The notes beneath the pieces were generated by a model, which was given only the letters and a program-made list of their open reading frames with translations, had not been told where the DNA came from and searched no databases. A program made the translations under genes and the position numbers. From the NCBI RefSeq assembly GCF_006345805.1, contig NC_043022.1:4030001-4094000 (forward strand): a stretch of DNA of 64,000 nt. The letters run 5' to 3'. Shown here in pieces: positions 52,364-63,400 of the stretch. This stretch comes from Octopus sinensis. Lineage: Eukaryota. Position 1 is the stretch's first letter. Every line of letters starts with the position of its first letter.

Positions 52364-52946
52364 CTATCTACCTACCTGCATGGCAATTTATCTATCTCTC
52401 TAGTGATTAGGCTCTGCCATTCACCATCCAACAACAGCATATAAAATACATACATCGACAACACCACAACCACATACATCTGTCTTACTGAATCTACACA
52501 AGAGGACCCTTCATCCTCATCATCATTATTATCTAATGTATCTTTTCCATGCTGGCATGGATTAGACAGTTTGATAGGAGCTGGCAAGGTTGGAGAGCTG
52601 CAACATGCTCCAACTGTCTGTTTTGGTATGGCTTCTCTGGTGCAATGCCCTTTAACACCAACCACTTCACAGAGTGTACAGGGTGCTTTTTTTTTTGTCT
52701 TGCCAGCACAGGAGCTTATTGTGTGGTGCCAGTAGGGAAAGGACTCCAGGGCCACTTCACCGAAACCAGAGCCCCAACATCAGTTTACATGAAAGACTCT
52801 ACATAAATTAACCAAAACATAAAAAAAAAACTCTATAAAACATTACCTGATAGCAGATAATAGACCATACCTATCAAAAGTGCCATTGGCTTCAAGTTTA
52901 AGGAGTTTCAAGAAGAAGAAGAATAATGAGAGAAGAGCAATCTTAC

Positions 52947-53147
52947 CTAACCGTTCCAAACGTTCCCTCTCTCGTGCCAGCAGATCATTAGCTAAACTTG
53001 TTGGGGGGTAAACACCTGGTATATGAGGTGTGTTGCTACTGGAGCTGTTACCCGCCGATTGTTGGACTAAATGACTTTGTGCTGCAGCAGTCGGAGGATA
53101 GGCATAACGACGCATATCGATCCAAGGAGCATCCAACGCATTTCCAC
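52947..53147 (-). CDS. RERE: RERE exon E: GNALDAPWIDMRRYAYPPTAAAQSHLVQQSAGNSSSSNTPHIPGVYPPTSLANDLLARERERLERL(G)
   Basis: tttctgcag acceptor, gtaaga donor; 201 nt, phase 1 to 1. The ERERL motif is in the expected order. Confidence 0.9.
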
Positions 53148-53655
53148 CTGCAGAAATTAGAAGAGGACAGTCTCAGAAAACGTGACAGAATAAGATGCAA
53201 TTACACACACACACACATATATATATATACATATACATATATAGACAGGGACATTTGGAAGTGTGGAACAGTGACTCTCAACCATTCCTTTTTTTTTTTT
53301 TTTAACCTTTGGACCCTCTTTGATCCCTATTTTGCTCAGTTGGACCCTCATAGACATTCAATGTTTAAAAAAAAAATCCCATTATATTTGTGTTGTTGAA
53401 TATTATTAGGGATTGGGTTAAGAAAAAAATGTTAAAATATTTTGAGCATTGTAGAGTTATAAGCAAATTATTGCAGATAGATTTTAGCAACAAAAACCTT
53501 AGATGGAGCCCCAAGGGTCATGTGGACACTGGTGGAGAGCCATTGTCATGTGGACACGATATACATTCAAGAGTCATTTAGAAATATATGGTAAGATAGG
53601 TAGGTATGGACACATGGCAATATTTAGAAATATTATAGAATAAGACATAAATATA

Positions 53656-53884
53656 CAGGATTGGCCAAAAGTCAGCTGACAGTAAATCAAAAACCATTTA
53701 ATTCCAAGATTTATTTATGTTTAACAACTGAATGAATTTAATAAGAGCATCCAAATATGAAACATAATGAAAATTGTTCAAACTGAAGTGAGAGTGTCAC
53801 ATTTTTCCTTTCGAGTCAATATAGAATTACAAACAGCATTTAAGGAATTTCGATTTATTGTTGGCTGACTTTTGACGAATCCTA
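53656..53884. mobile_element. Tc1/mariner-type MITE
   Basis: 21-bp imperfect TIRs CAGGATTGGCCAAAAGTCAGC, flanked by TA. Confidence 0.7.
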
Positions 53885-53896
53885 TATATATATATA

Positions 53897-54263
53897 CACT
53901 CTTTTACTTGTTTCAGTCATTTGACTGCGGCCATGCTGGAGCACTGCCTTTAATCGAGCAACTCAACCCCGGGACTTATTCTTTGTAAGCCCAGTACTTA
54001 TTCTGTCGGTCTCTTTTGCCAAACCGCTAAGTAACGGGGACATAAACACACCAGCATCGGTTGTCAAGCAATGCTAGGGGGACAAACACAGACACACAAA
54101 CACACCTATATATACACGACGGGCTTCTTTCAGTTTCCATCTACCAAATCCACTCACAAGGCTTTGGTCGGCCCGAGGCTATAGTAGAAGACACTTGCCC
54201 AAGGTGCCACGCAGTGGGACTGAACCCGGAACCATGTGGTTGGTTAGCAAGCTACTTACCACA
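53897..54263 (-). mobile_element. SINE family A copy
   Basis: Family blocks present. Confidence 0.85.
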
Positions 54264-54488
54264 CGAAGAACATAAAATTCAAATCGGACCATGTTAACAC
54301 CAAAAATTATTTACATCAAAAAGATGCTTTTTTCTATGAAAATCCCTATTTTTTTACGATTTTTTCACTGCTGTGTCGCCACTTTTCGGTGTATTTCGAC
54401 CAGAAAAATTTTCACAAAATTTTTACTTTTCAAAATTACAATTCCAGCGGGTTGAAACAAACCCGAGCAACGCCGGGCGATACTGCTA

Positions 54489-54489
<1 letters not shown>
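54264..54489 (+). mobile_element. Helitron-like 3' end
   Basis: Hairpin cccg-agcaacgc-cggg (54462-54477), then CTAG (54486-54489), followed by T. Confidence 0.6.
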
Positions 54490-54573
<84 letters not shown>

Positions 54574-54974
54574 CAATCATATTTTAACGTATAAAGAACC
54601 CATTTTTGTCAAAAGTTAGGTTAAAAAATATGGGAGATTCTTATACATGAATAGCATTATAATCCCTTACAAAACCATTTTTTTCCAAATTTTAAACCCC
54701 CCAAAATTAGGGGGCTCCTTAAACATGTTGAAATACAGTATATATACACACACTCACACACGAACATGCACACAGGGCAAGATATACAGTTTATCTACGG
54801 GTCACGACTGAATTCCAGTGAACAGCAGAAAATACTTTTGCACAATTAAGCTAATTATTAGTCTAAAAACCTGTGTGTATGTGGGCAGTTATGCGCTTGA
54901 TGAAGTGATGGATGATTTGTGGCCCAAATGGTGTGTCCTTGAGCAAGATCCTTCATTTAAAATTGTTTTAGCCT

Positions 54975-55450
54975 ATCATCATCATCGTTTAACGTCCGTT
55001 TTCTGTGCTAGCACAGGTTGGATGGTTCGACTGGGGTCTGGGAAGCCAGGAGGCTGCACCAGGCCCAGTCTGATCTGGATGCCCTTCCTAACGCCAACCA
55101 CTCCGCGAGTGTAGTGGGTACTTTTTATGTGCCAGACGAGGCTGGCAAACGGCCACAATCGGATGGTGGTTTTTACATGCCACCTGCACAGGTGCCAGGG
55201 GAGTCTGGCATCGGCCATGATCGGTTGGTGCTTTTAACGTGCTACCGGCACGGAAGCCAGTCAAGGCGGCGCTGGCATCGGCCATGTTCGGATGGTGCTT
55301 TTTATGTGCCACCGGCACAGAAGCCAGTTGAGGCGGCGCTGGCATCGGCCATGTTTGGATGGTGCTTTTTATGTGCCACTGGCACAGAAGCCAGTTGAGG
55401 CGGCACTGGCATCGGCCACGATCGGATGGTGCTTTTTATGTGCCACCCAG
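54975..55450 (-). mobile_element. SINE family C with an internal 67-bp tandem array
   Basis: g(a/t)tggtgcttt recurs at 55224, 55291, 55358 and 55425. Confidence 0.8.
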
Positions 55451-56529
55451 CTGAAAATGAGAACCAGCCAAATATTGTAGCCCTGTGTCTCTACCTCAAA
55501 TTATCACATCCTGGAGGCATCACTGGTTCAAGCAACTAAAACCATTTAGCAAAGCCAGGTCACACCCGTCTGCAAGTGACGGCTATGGTCAGATATATAT
55601 ATATATATGTGTATGTGTGTGTACATGTGCGTGTATGAGTCTGGTGCTCTGTTGGTTACGATGACAAGGGTTCCAGTTGATTGATCAATGGAATAGCCTG
55701 CTCGTGAAATCAACGTGCAAGTGGCTGAGTACTCCACAGAATGTGACAAGGGTGGCTCCCTTTGAATTACAGGTGCAACTCAATTTTGCCAGGTGAGTGG
55801 ACTGGAGCAACGTGGAATGAAGTGTCTTGCTCAAGAACACACCCTAGCCACTAAGCCATCTATGTATAGCTTAGTGGTTAAAGCGTTGCACTCGTGGTCA
55901 TAAGATTGTGGTTTCGATTCCTGGACAGGGCAATGCATTATGTTCTTAAGCAAGACACTTCATTTCCTGTCGCCCCAGTCCACTCAGCTGGCAAAATTGA
56001 CTAACCCTGCGAAGCACCCAAGGAGTAATCCACACAGGGACTATCTGGTTGTGAAGCCTTGCCAAAAAATCCTTACAACAGCAACCTTCGTACCAGATAA
56101 CAATAACCGAAGTAAAATCGGATGGACAGAAGACTTGAAGTGTCAACAATGACCAGGAAAAAACCAGAACAAATTAAGGTTCATATTCTACTCTGTTTAG
56201 TTGGTTCTCCAAGAATATATCTAATTATGAGTGTCAGAAATATCGTGTACTGGAAGATGAAGTAAAAGTAAAAGGAATTTTAAAGAAATTTTAGCCTCAA
56301 TATAACCCAAGTCCGGCTCCCTGCACTTTATATATATACAACCGCTGTTGGTTCCCGGCCGTGAAAGAAATCAAGAGAGATAATTCAGTTAACAAAACTA
56401 TGTCAACAGAAAAACAGAATTACCTCCCTTTTGGAACCTGGTGACAGAGAAATGATTATGAAATGGTTTTTTTTTTTTTTTTAAATCACGAAAACACGAG
56501 AGATTGGTGATTGTGCAATGTAAACTCAC

Positions 56530-56678
56530 GTATTTTAGATCCAGGAGTACCAGGAGGTTTCATTTCCATATCTGCTTTGAATTTTTCTCTAATTTCCATT
56601 TCACGTAGCTCTCGTTCCCGTAATTCCCGTTCGCGGGCGTCACGTTCCCTTTTGTCTCGCTCCAACTCAAGTTCAAGT
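56530..56678 (-). CDS. RERE: RERE exon D (RE-repeat): LELELERDKRERDARERELRERELREMEIREKFKADMEMKPP(GTPGSKI)
   Basis: tttctag acceptor; Arg-Glu dipeptide repeats followed by a KPP motif. Two phase-1 donors: after 56551 (gtactc) or after 56530 (gtgagt). Confidence 0.92.
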
Positions 56679-56955
56679 CTAGAAATGGGACAAACAAAAT
56701 AAAATAAACAAAATAAAAATGTAAACAAAGCAGCCCTTTATAAAGGAGTTTCACGTATAATGGTACATTTAGTAAGACAAAAACGGAAGGAAGTAGAATA
56801 TCACATCACCGAAATGGTTTAAGTTGATAAGAGACGACGAATAACTCCATCAACACAAACCAGTTATTATTCAGACATCAGCAACTGAACCCGTGTCATT
56901 ATCCTTCACTCAGCGATTAAATAACTAAAATACGGAAGTTATAGTTTTCTAGTAT

Positions 56956-56959
<4 letters not shown>

Positions 56960-57002
<43 letters not shown>

Positions 57003-57560
57003 TGAAATTATTGTATACAGTGCTCAGGTGCACCACAACTTGTCAGAAAGTGCGTATAAAGCATATGCAGTAATGTACAAATGTCTGGAAAGCGAACAAT
57101 GCATGAGTCAGATACATGCTTGTGTGTGTATGGAGGGGAGAAAATCAGGTGTAGTGTTGGTGAATCTCAGGAAGCATAGAGGTTTCGAAGGATGCAGTGC
57201 TCCGACAACCAACAACTGATGCTGGCAGTTTGTTCCATGCTTCAGCGTGTATATGGAGGGGAAGAGAAGATCAGGTGTAGTGTTGGCGAATTTCAGGAAG
57301 CATGGAAGTTTTGAAGGATGAAGTGCTCCGACAACCAACAACTGATGCTGGCAGTTTGTTCCATGCTTCAGCAACTCTTAGCGGGAAAAAATGTTTCCTA
57401 AAGTCATGGGAGCTGTGCTGTTTTCTGACTTTGTAAACATGTCCACGGGTGCTAGACGGGTGGAGTTTGAAAAGGAGTTTATGATAAGCAGTTGGGACAC
57501 TATGATCATAGGCACTCCTACAGTGACCATCCTGTCATTTTAGAGATAAGTAGAAGTACA
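56960..57560 (-). mobile_element. CR1-clade LINE 3' end with a duplicated terminus and (ATT)n tail
   Basis: RVAEAWNKLPASVVGCRST..F.TSMLPEI.QHYT* occurs twice (about 125-nt period). Confidence 0.8.
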
Positions 57561-58348
57561 TTGTCTCCTTTACTTCCGCGTGTTTTGAGACAGGTATTAA
57601 CAGAGACCGCATAGAGCCTACCTCGTTGGTACAACATTTGTCTTCGAGGCAGCAACAGGGAAGTGATTCAATGCCGCACTAATTTATTTTCCACCTTCAC
57701 AAACCTTTCATTTGTTACAACATGGGCACAGGTATTTACTTCTTCAGATAAGGTGCAAGCTGGACAGTGTCCAGAGCCAATTTTCACAGGGTGAAAGAGA
57801 TAAAGTGGATGTATGGATGTTTGGAGTAGTTCAACAGATTTTATTATTGCAGATAAAGACAAACTGTGTCGGCCTCTTGCAGATAGCTACAGCAAATAAT
57901 TACATACTGGGGGAGAGAGAGAGATGCTGCTTAGAGATTATAGAAAACTATCGATATGGCAACCGGAAACAATTATGCTATGTTCTTGGTGACAAAGGTT
58001 CATGTCCTATCTGTGCCTTCTGTCTAAACTGCCTTCCTGGATTCTCTGGCATGTAAAAATGCAAGCAGAATGGTTTTTATAGGAGACTAGAAATCAATTT
58101 GTAGAATGTTTGAGAAAGCATATCTATGCACATTGCTTCATGCTGACTGATCGGTTGATAAACCAATCCACATGAAACTATGGTGGTTTGCTTGCGGTGT
58201 CTGACAGCATGTCTAAGGATTTGGTTTCAAATTCCTGATACAAATTACTCATGAGTAAAAGAAAGGGTTTACTCAGTTTTGTCAAAACAAGCCCCAAACA
58301 AGTTATTAAAAGAAAAAAATGGAAATAAAATCTAAAAATATTACTAAC

Positions 58349-58460
58349 CTTTCTCTAGATCCTGTTGGATACATCGAGGCTAATCTGTAAGGTAACATCG
58401 GGTCAACATGTGGAGGTAAAGTTGACAGACCATAGGGACCAGACCGGCCAAAGTCTTGAC
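58349..58460 (-). CDS. RERE: RERE exon C: (G)QDFGRSGPYGLSTLPPHVDPMLPYRLASMYPTGSRE(R)
   Basis: Absent from the ORF track; found by phase requirement. tttatttccag acceptor, gttagt donor, 112 nt, phase 1 to 2, which exactly bridges exons B and D. DPMLPY resembles RERE DPLLAY. Confidence 0.88.
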
Positions 58461-58523
58461 CTGGAAATAAAGTCGAAAAAAAAAAGGATAATTAATTTTT
58501 ATTCCATTTTTGTTCATTTAGAT

Positions 58524-58752
58524 CAGTGGTTCCTAAAGTGGGCAGTACTGCTCCCATGGGGGCAGTGGAAAGTTCCAAGGAGGCATTGAAGAAATGTGGG
58601 GCAATAATGGGTTCATTAGGTTATGTTTTATTTGTGAAATAGAGTTGCTTTCAAGTTGCTTCAGAAAGGAGACTGTATTTGTCATGGTTAGTTGGGGTAG
58701 AGGTGCTAGAAATGTTAAGGGGCCGGGAGCTTGAAAAAGTCTGGAACCACTG
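58524..58752. mobile_element. hAT-type MITE
   Basis: CAGTGGTTCC...GGAACCACTG termini; perfect 8-bp TSD ATTTAGAT. Confidence 0.85.
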
Positions 58753-58787
58753 ATTTAGATAACACACACACATTTATATATAATGTA

Positions 58788-58994
58788 TTCTTTTACTTGT
58801 TTCAGTCATTTGACTGTGGCCATGCTGGAGCACCGCCTTTAGTCGAGCAACTCGACCCCGGGACTTATTCTTTGTAAGCCCAGTACTTACTCTATCGGTC
58901 TCTTTTGCTGAACCGCTAAGTGACGGGGACGTAAACACACCAGCATCGGTTGTCAAGCAATGCTAGGGGGACAAACACAGACACACAAACATAT

Positions 58995-59043
<49 letters not shown>

Positions 59044-59710
59044 CATATATACGACGGGCTTCTTTCAGTTTCCGTCTACCAAATCCACTCACAAGGCTTT
59101 GGTCAGCCCGAGGCTATAGTAGAAGACACTTGCCCAAGATGCCACGCAGTGGGACTGAACCCGGAACCATGTGGTTGGTAAACAAGCTACTTACCACACA
59201 GCCACTCCTGCGCCTATGTGTATGAATATCTTTTATCTTTTACCTGTTGAAGTCATTAGACTGTAGCCATGCTGGAGCAATACATTCAAGAATTTTGTTG
59301 AACAAATCAATCACTACTTATTTTCTTCTTTAAACCCGATACTTATTTTATTGGTTTCTTTTGTCAAACTGCTAAGTTATGAGAACCAACACAGACATGA
59401 ACACACACACACATTTATATATGATGAGCTTCTTTCAGTTTCCTCTATCAAATCCACTCACAAGGTTTTAGTTGGCCTGAGTGTGTGTGTGTGTGTGTAT
59501 CTTTGTCCCCCACCACTGCTTGACAATAGGCATTGGTGGGTTTACATCCCTGTATCCTAGCAGTTCGGCAAAAGAGCAAGATGGAATAAGTATCAGGCTT
59601 AAAGGAAAACAAACACAAAATGAGTCCAGGGTTCAATTCATTCAACTAAAAATTCTTGAAGGCAGTGCTCCAGCATGGCCACAGTCTAATGGACTGAAAC
59701 GAGTAAACAT
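58788..59710. mobile_element. SINE family A cluster: 58788-59214 (-), 59225-59478 (-), 59480-59710 (+, 3' half)
   Basis: The last copy is inverted relative to the first two. Confidence 0.8.
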
Positions 59711-59763
59711 TAAAGGACAATGCTAAATATATTGGGAGAAGGAAGGAAGGAAGGAAGGTATAC

Positions 59764-59938
59764 CTAGTGTGTGTGGCCTGGCGTATTCACTAAGCTGTCT
59801 CAGGGCTGGAGTGTCATGACCGGGGTATGGACGAGGTGTCATTCTTTCACCACCATATGGGCCATGCTGAGATGATAATGTGCTGGTCACTTGAGCTTCC
59901 GTCGAGCTGGACTTGATAGGCGTATCAATTCGTTTTGT
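59764..59938 (-). CDS. RERE: RERE exon B: TKRIDTPIKSSSTEAQVTSTLSSQHGPYGGERMTPRPYPGHDTPALRQLSEYARPHTL(G)
   Basis: Polypyrimidine tract plus cag acceptor, gtatac donor; 175 nt, phase 0 to 1. Contains the atrophin hallmark DTPALR(Q/T)LSEYARPH. Confidence 0.95.
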
Positions 59939-60029
59939 CTGCAGAAAAAAAAAGACGGAAAACAAATTCATCAATACATATGTACGGTGCATGCGCATGT
60001 GTGCGTGTAAAGGTATGTGGCTAAGATAT

Positions 60030-60536
60030 TTTTAACTAGAAAGGGTATGGCCTGGTCAGCCTGTAATGACATGCATAAGATCTGGTCATCAAATTTAAGT
60101 GGGGACTTCAAACTTGAAATCTTCAAAGCCACAGTCGAACCAATTCTACTGGATGGCTCAGAAACCTGGACGTTATCAAAGAAGCTTGAGAGGCGGTTGG
60201 ATGGAACCTACACTCGCCTCCTTATGAGAGCTCAAAATCTCTCGTGGAAGCGTCATCCAACCAAAATGCAAATATATGGGAAACTACCACCTGTGTCATC
60301 TCTTGTAAAAGGTAGGAGAGTCCAGTTTGCTGGACATTGTTGTAGAGCTGAAACAGAAGTAGTTTCTACTCTTCTCCTCTCGAAGCCATCTACTCGCAAT
60401 ACCAGAGGGCGCACACTCTCCTACCCTGATGTAATCTCCAGGGATACAGGCATCCAGCAACAGGACCTCTGTAATGCCATGATGGACCGTGAAGTCTGGT
60501 GTAGCATGGTAAATTCCATCATCAATGATGATGATG
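60030..60536 (+). mobile_element. RTE-clade LINE 3' fragment with (GAT)n tail
   Basis: FKATVEPILLDGSETWTL...RRVQFAGHCCR...DREVW; near-identical to 19500-19760. Confidence 0.85.
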
Positions 60537-60735
60537 TGGCCAAGTGGTTTGGGCCCATGATCATCAGCTTGGGAATTTAATTGCCTGCAATACATTGTGT
60601 TCTTCAGCAAGACACTTTATTTTTCATTGGATCCAGTCCACTCAACTGGCAAAATTGAGTTGTACCTGTAATTCACAAGGGGACCAACCTTGTCACATTG
60701 GGGTCATGCTGAATCTCTTTTGAGAACTGTGTTAA

Positions 60736-60955
60736 CCCTTTCGTTACTGTATTTATTTTCAGATGCTCTGTGTTTCTTTCAATTACTTTAAACGTAACAA
60801 AGAATTTAGTACAATAACTTAGCTATCATTCAGCTAGTGTTACGAACATAAATTGTGACTGAGGTTTGGTTGAAGATTTTAATTCAAAACTTATGAAAAC
60901 CAGACATTTGTATTTAGAGCCAGAGCCGGTTTCAGCCGGGTTGGTCATGAAAGGG
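60736..60955 (+). mobile_element. piggyBac-like MITE P1
   Basis: TTAA TSD; splits a family D SINE. Confidence 0.85.
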
Positions 60956-61216
60956 TTAAGCTAACATGTGTCTGTGGAGTGCTCAGCTACATGCACATAA
61001 ATTTCATGAACAGGCTCAGATCAATTGGAACACTTGTCCTTGTAACCGATGGAGTGCTCACACACACAAATCTTTATTCCTAGTCTTGTCCAAAGACAAT
61101 TTAGAGCCAGTCAAAATACTATCAAAGTAACTTAGTTACAAACGAAAAACAAATTTTAAAGTAATTTAAGAAATGCTGCTAACAGCAGTGTGTTTTGTAT
61201 GTGTGATATTACTATG

Positions 61217-61600
61217 TGGGGGCGCAATGGCCCAGTGGTTAGGGCAGCGGACTCGCGGTCATAGGATCGCGGTTTCGATTCCCAGACCGGGCGTTGTGAG
61301 TGTTTATTGAGCGAAAACACCTAAAAAGCTCCACGAGGCTCCGGCAGGGGATGGTGGTGATCCCTGCTGTACTCTTTCACCACAACTTTCTCTCACTCTT
61401 ACTTCCTGTTTCTGTTGTACCTGTATTTCAAAGGGCCGGCCTTGTCACTCTCTGTGTCACGCTGAATATCCCCGAGAACTACGTTAAGGGTACACGTGTC
61501 TGTGGAGTGCTCAGCCACTTACACGTTAATTTCACGAGTAGGCTGTTCCGTTGATTCGGATCAACCGGAACCCTCGTCGTAACCGACGGAGTGCTTCCAC
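61217..61600 (+). mobile_element. tRNA-derived SINE family D (GGCGCAATGGCCCAGTGGTTAGGGCAGCGGACTCGCGG head; possibly the octopus OR type)
   Basis: A/B-box-like head GGTTTCGATTCCC. Related copies at about 34456-34700 (+), 41565-41925 (-), 55630-55790 (-) and 60540-61050 (+). Confidence 0.75.
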
Positions 61601-61689
61601 ATTACTAGGTGCAGCTATGTTGTACATGCACTGTTGCAAGCAGAAGTTATGCATTGTACAAGTGCATTCATGAAATGCTATTTCAGACC

Positions 61690-62188
61690 CAGCATTTTGG
61701 ACATTTATTTTTAAATGCAACATATCTTTGTCTCCCCTGTACTTCTTCAATCCTTCAAACCAGCCATATCAAGTGCAAATATTCTGTTTTTATGTTCAAT
61801 CCAGCCAAAATTGGCCTCTCACACCTACCTTACAATGTCATTCTAAAAATAATCTGTGACATCATTGAAATCTCTCAAAGTTACGAGATAATCTATGATT
61901 AATTCAAAACGTGATTAACCCTTTCATTACTGAATTTATTTTGAGATGCTCAGTGTTTCTTCCAATTATGTTAAATATAACAAAGAATTAAGTAAAATAA
62001 CATCGTTATCATTAAGCTAGAGTTAGGGACATAAATTGTGATTAAGGTTTGGTGGAAGGTTTTAATTCGGAACTTTTGAAAACCAGACATTTGTACTAAA
62101 GAGCCAGAGCTGGTTTCAGCCGGGTTGGTAACGAAAGGGTTAAATAAGCATTACATTTGGCAGAGGAGTCTGAATGCTAAACGGTTAA
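61690..62188 (+). mobile_element. MITE family P2 with P1 nested at 61919-62139
   Basis: P2 (ttaaccctttagcattt...tgctaaagggttaa) also occurs at about 940-1085 (-), 9838-10030 (-), 32980-33407 (two copies), 50770-51013 and 63810-63910. Confidence 0.75.
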
Positions 62189-62576
62189 GCTGCTTCTGGC
62201 CATGCTGGATCATCACTAGTGTTTAGCAGTTAAAAGAAGCAGTGCGACTTTTGAAACATTGCTAATACGTGAATGTTTAATTCAATTCAGTAGGAAAATT
62301 TATTGAGGTAAGACAGAACTAAGAATGCTCAGAATCCATCCATCAATTGGTGGGGTTTCGCTAGATTAATAAACGAAGGTCTGAAACAAATGCTGCTTGG
62401 AACCGAAATAAGTTTGTATCGGGTTTATTGAGACGACTAACATGTGGGTAGAAAAGCTGATGAATGTAGCCATCATGGTTGAGTATTTCTAGTTAGGTTA
62501 TAAAAGGAAATGAACTATTAAATACATGAATATAGTGAAGAAGAAGAAGAAGAGGCATGCATGCATGGACACTTAC

Positions 62577-62733
62577 AGGCTGAACTTTCTCTTCCTTGAT
62601 AGTAGCAGATGCTTGTAGGACCTTCTTTTCTCTTTCTTCACGTTTCTTGGCTAAATCCGAGTGCGGTTGAGGTTTAAAAACTAAATCACAGCGCGAACAA
62701 GAATTGATTCCTCTATTCAACAGTTTAATAAAT
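62577..62733 (-). CDS. RERE: Atrophin/RERE ortholog, internal coding exon A (first in window): (R)FIKLLNRGINSCSRCDLVFKPQPHSDLAKKREEREKKVLQASATIKEEKVQP
   Basis: cag acceptor at 62736-62734 and gtaagt donor at 62576; 157 nt, phase 2 to 0. The peptide resembles the vertebrate RERE Atrophin-domain motif [20 protein letters not shown]...SKLAKKREE (recalled). Confidence 0.92.
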
Positions 62734-62994
62734 CTGGGAAACAGAAAACAAAACAAATGCATGAAAGACTGGGCAGTTGTATAAAATGTTAAACAAGGTT
62801 CGAAATGTACAAAAAACAAAGGAAAAAAAAAACCCCAGAAGATAGAGACAGGTGAGGCAACAACAAACAAAGGGTATTAGTTTGACACTCAGGAAAAAAT
62901 GTAAGAGTCTTTGACATTTCAAGCAGATGCTCTTCTTCAGAAAGGAATGAGGAGAGGGGAAAAAAAAAACGTTTGGATCAAGTTATAATCACCC

Positions 62995-63400
62995 ACAAGG
63001 TGGCGAGCTGGCAAAATCATTAGCACACTGGATGGAATACTTAGTGGTATTTTGCCTGTCGCTACGTTCTGAATTCAAATTCCACCAAGGTTGAATTTTG
63101 CCTTTCATCCTTTCAGGGTCGATAAATTAAGTACCAGTTACATACTGGGTTTAATCTAATCAACTGGCTCCCCTCCCACCAAATTTCAGACCTTGTGCCT
63201 ATAGTAGAAAGGATTATTATTAAGGTGGCAAGCTGGCAGAATCATTAGCACACTGGATGGAATACTTAGCGGTATTTTGCCTGTCGCTACGTTCTGAATT
63301 CAAATTCCACCAAGGTTGAATTTTGCCTTTCATCCTTTCAGGGTCGATAAGTTAAATACTAGTGAAACAGAAGGGTCGATGTAATTGACTTAATCCCCGA
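62995..63400 (+). mobile_element. SINE family B tandem duplication (period about 224 nt)
   Basis: Both units share the private variant atcattagcacactggatggaatacttag. Confidence 0.8.

Noticed and set aside
57560-58060. ORFs 57668-57862 and 57712-58056 with Cys clusters
   Set aside because: No splice phase fits RERE and no recognisable domain; likely the degraded upstream part of the adjacent retroelement.
61217-61290. tRNA-like sequence (also 34456-34525 and 55860-55930)
   Set aside because: It continues directly into a repeated SINE body and lacks a clean cloverleaf, so it is a SINE head rather than a tRNA gene.
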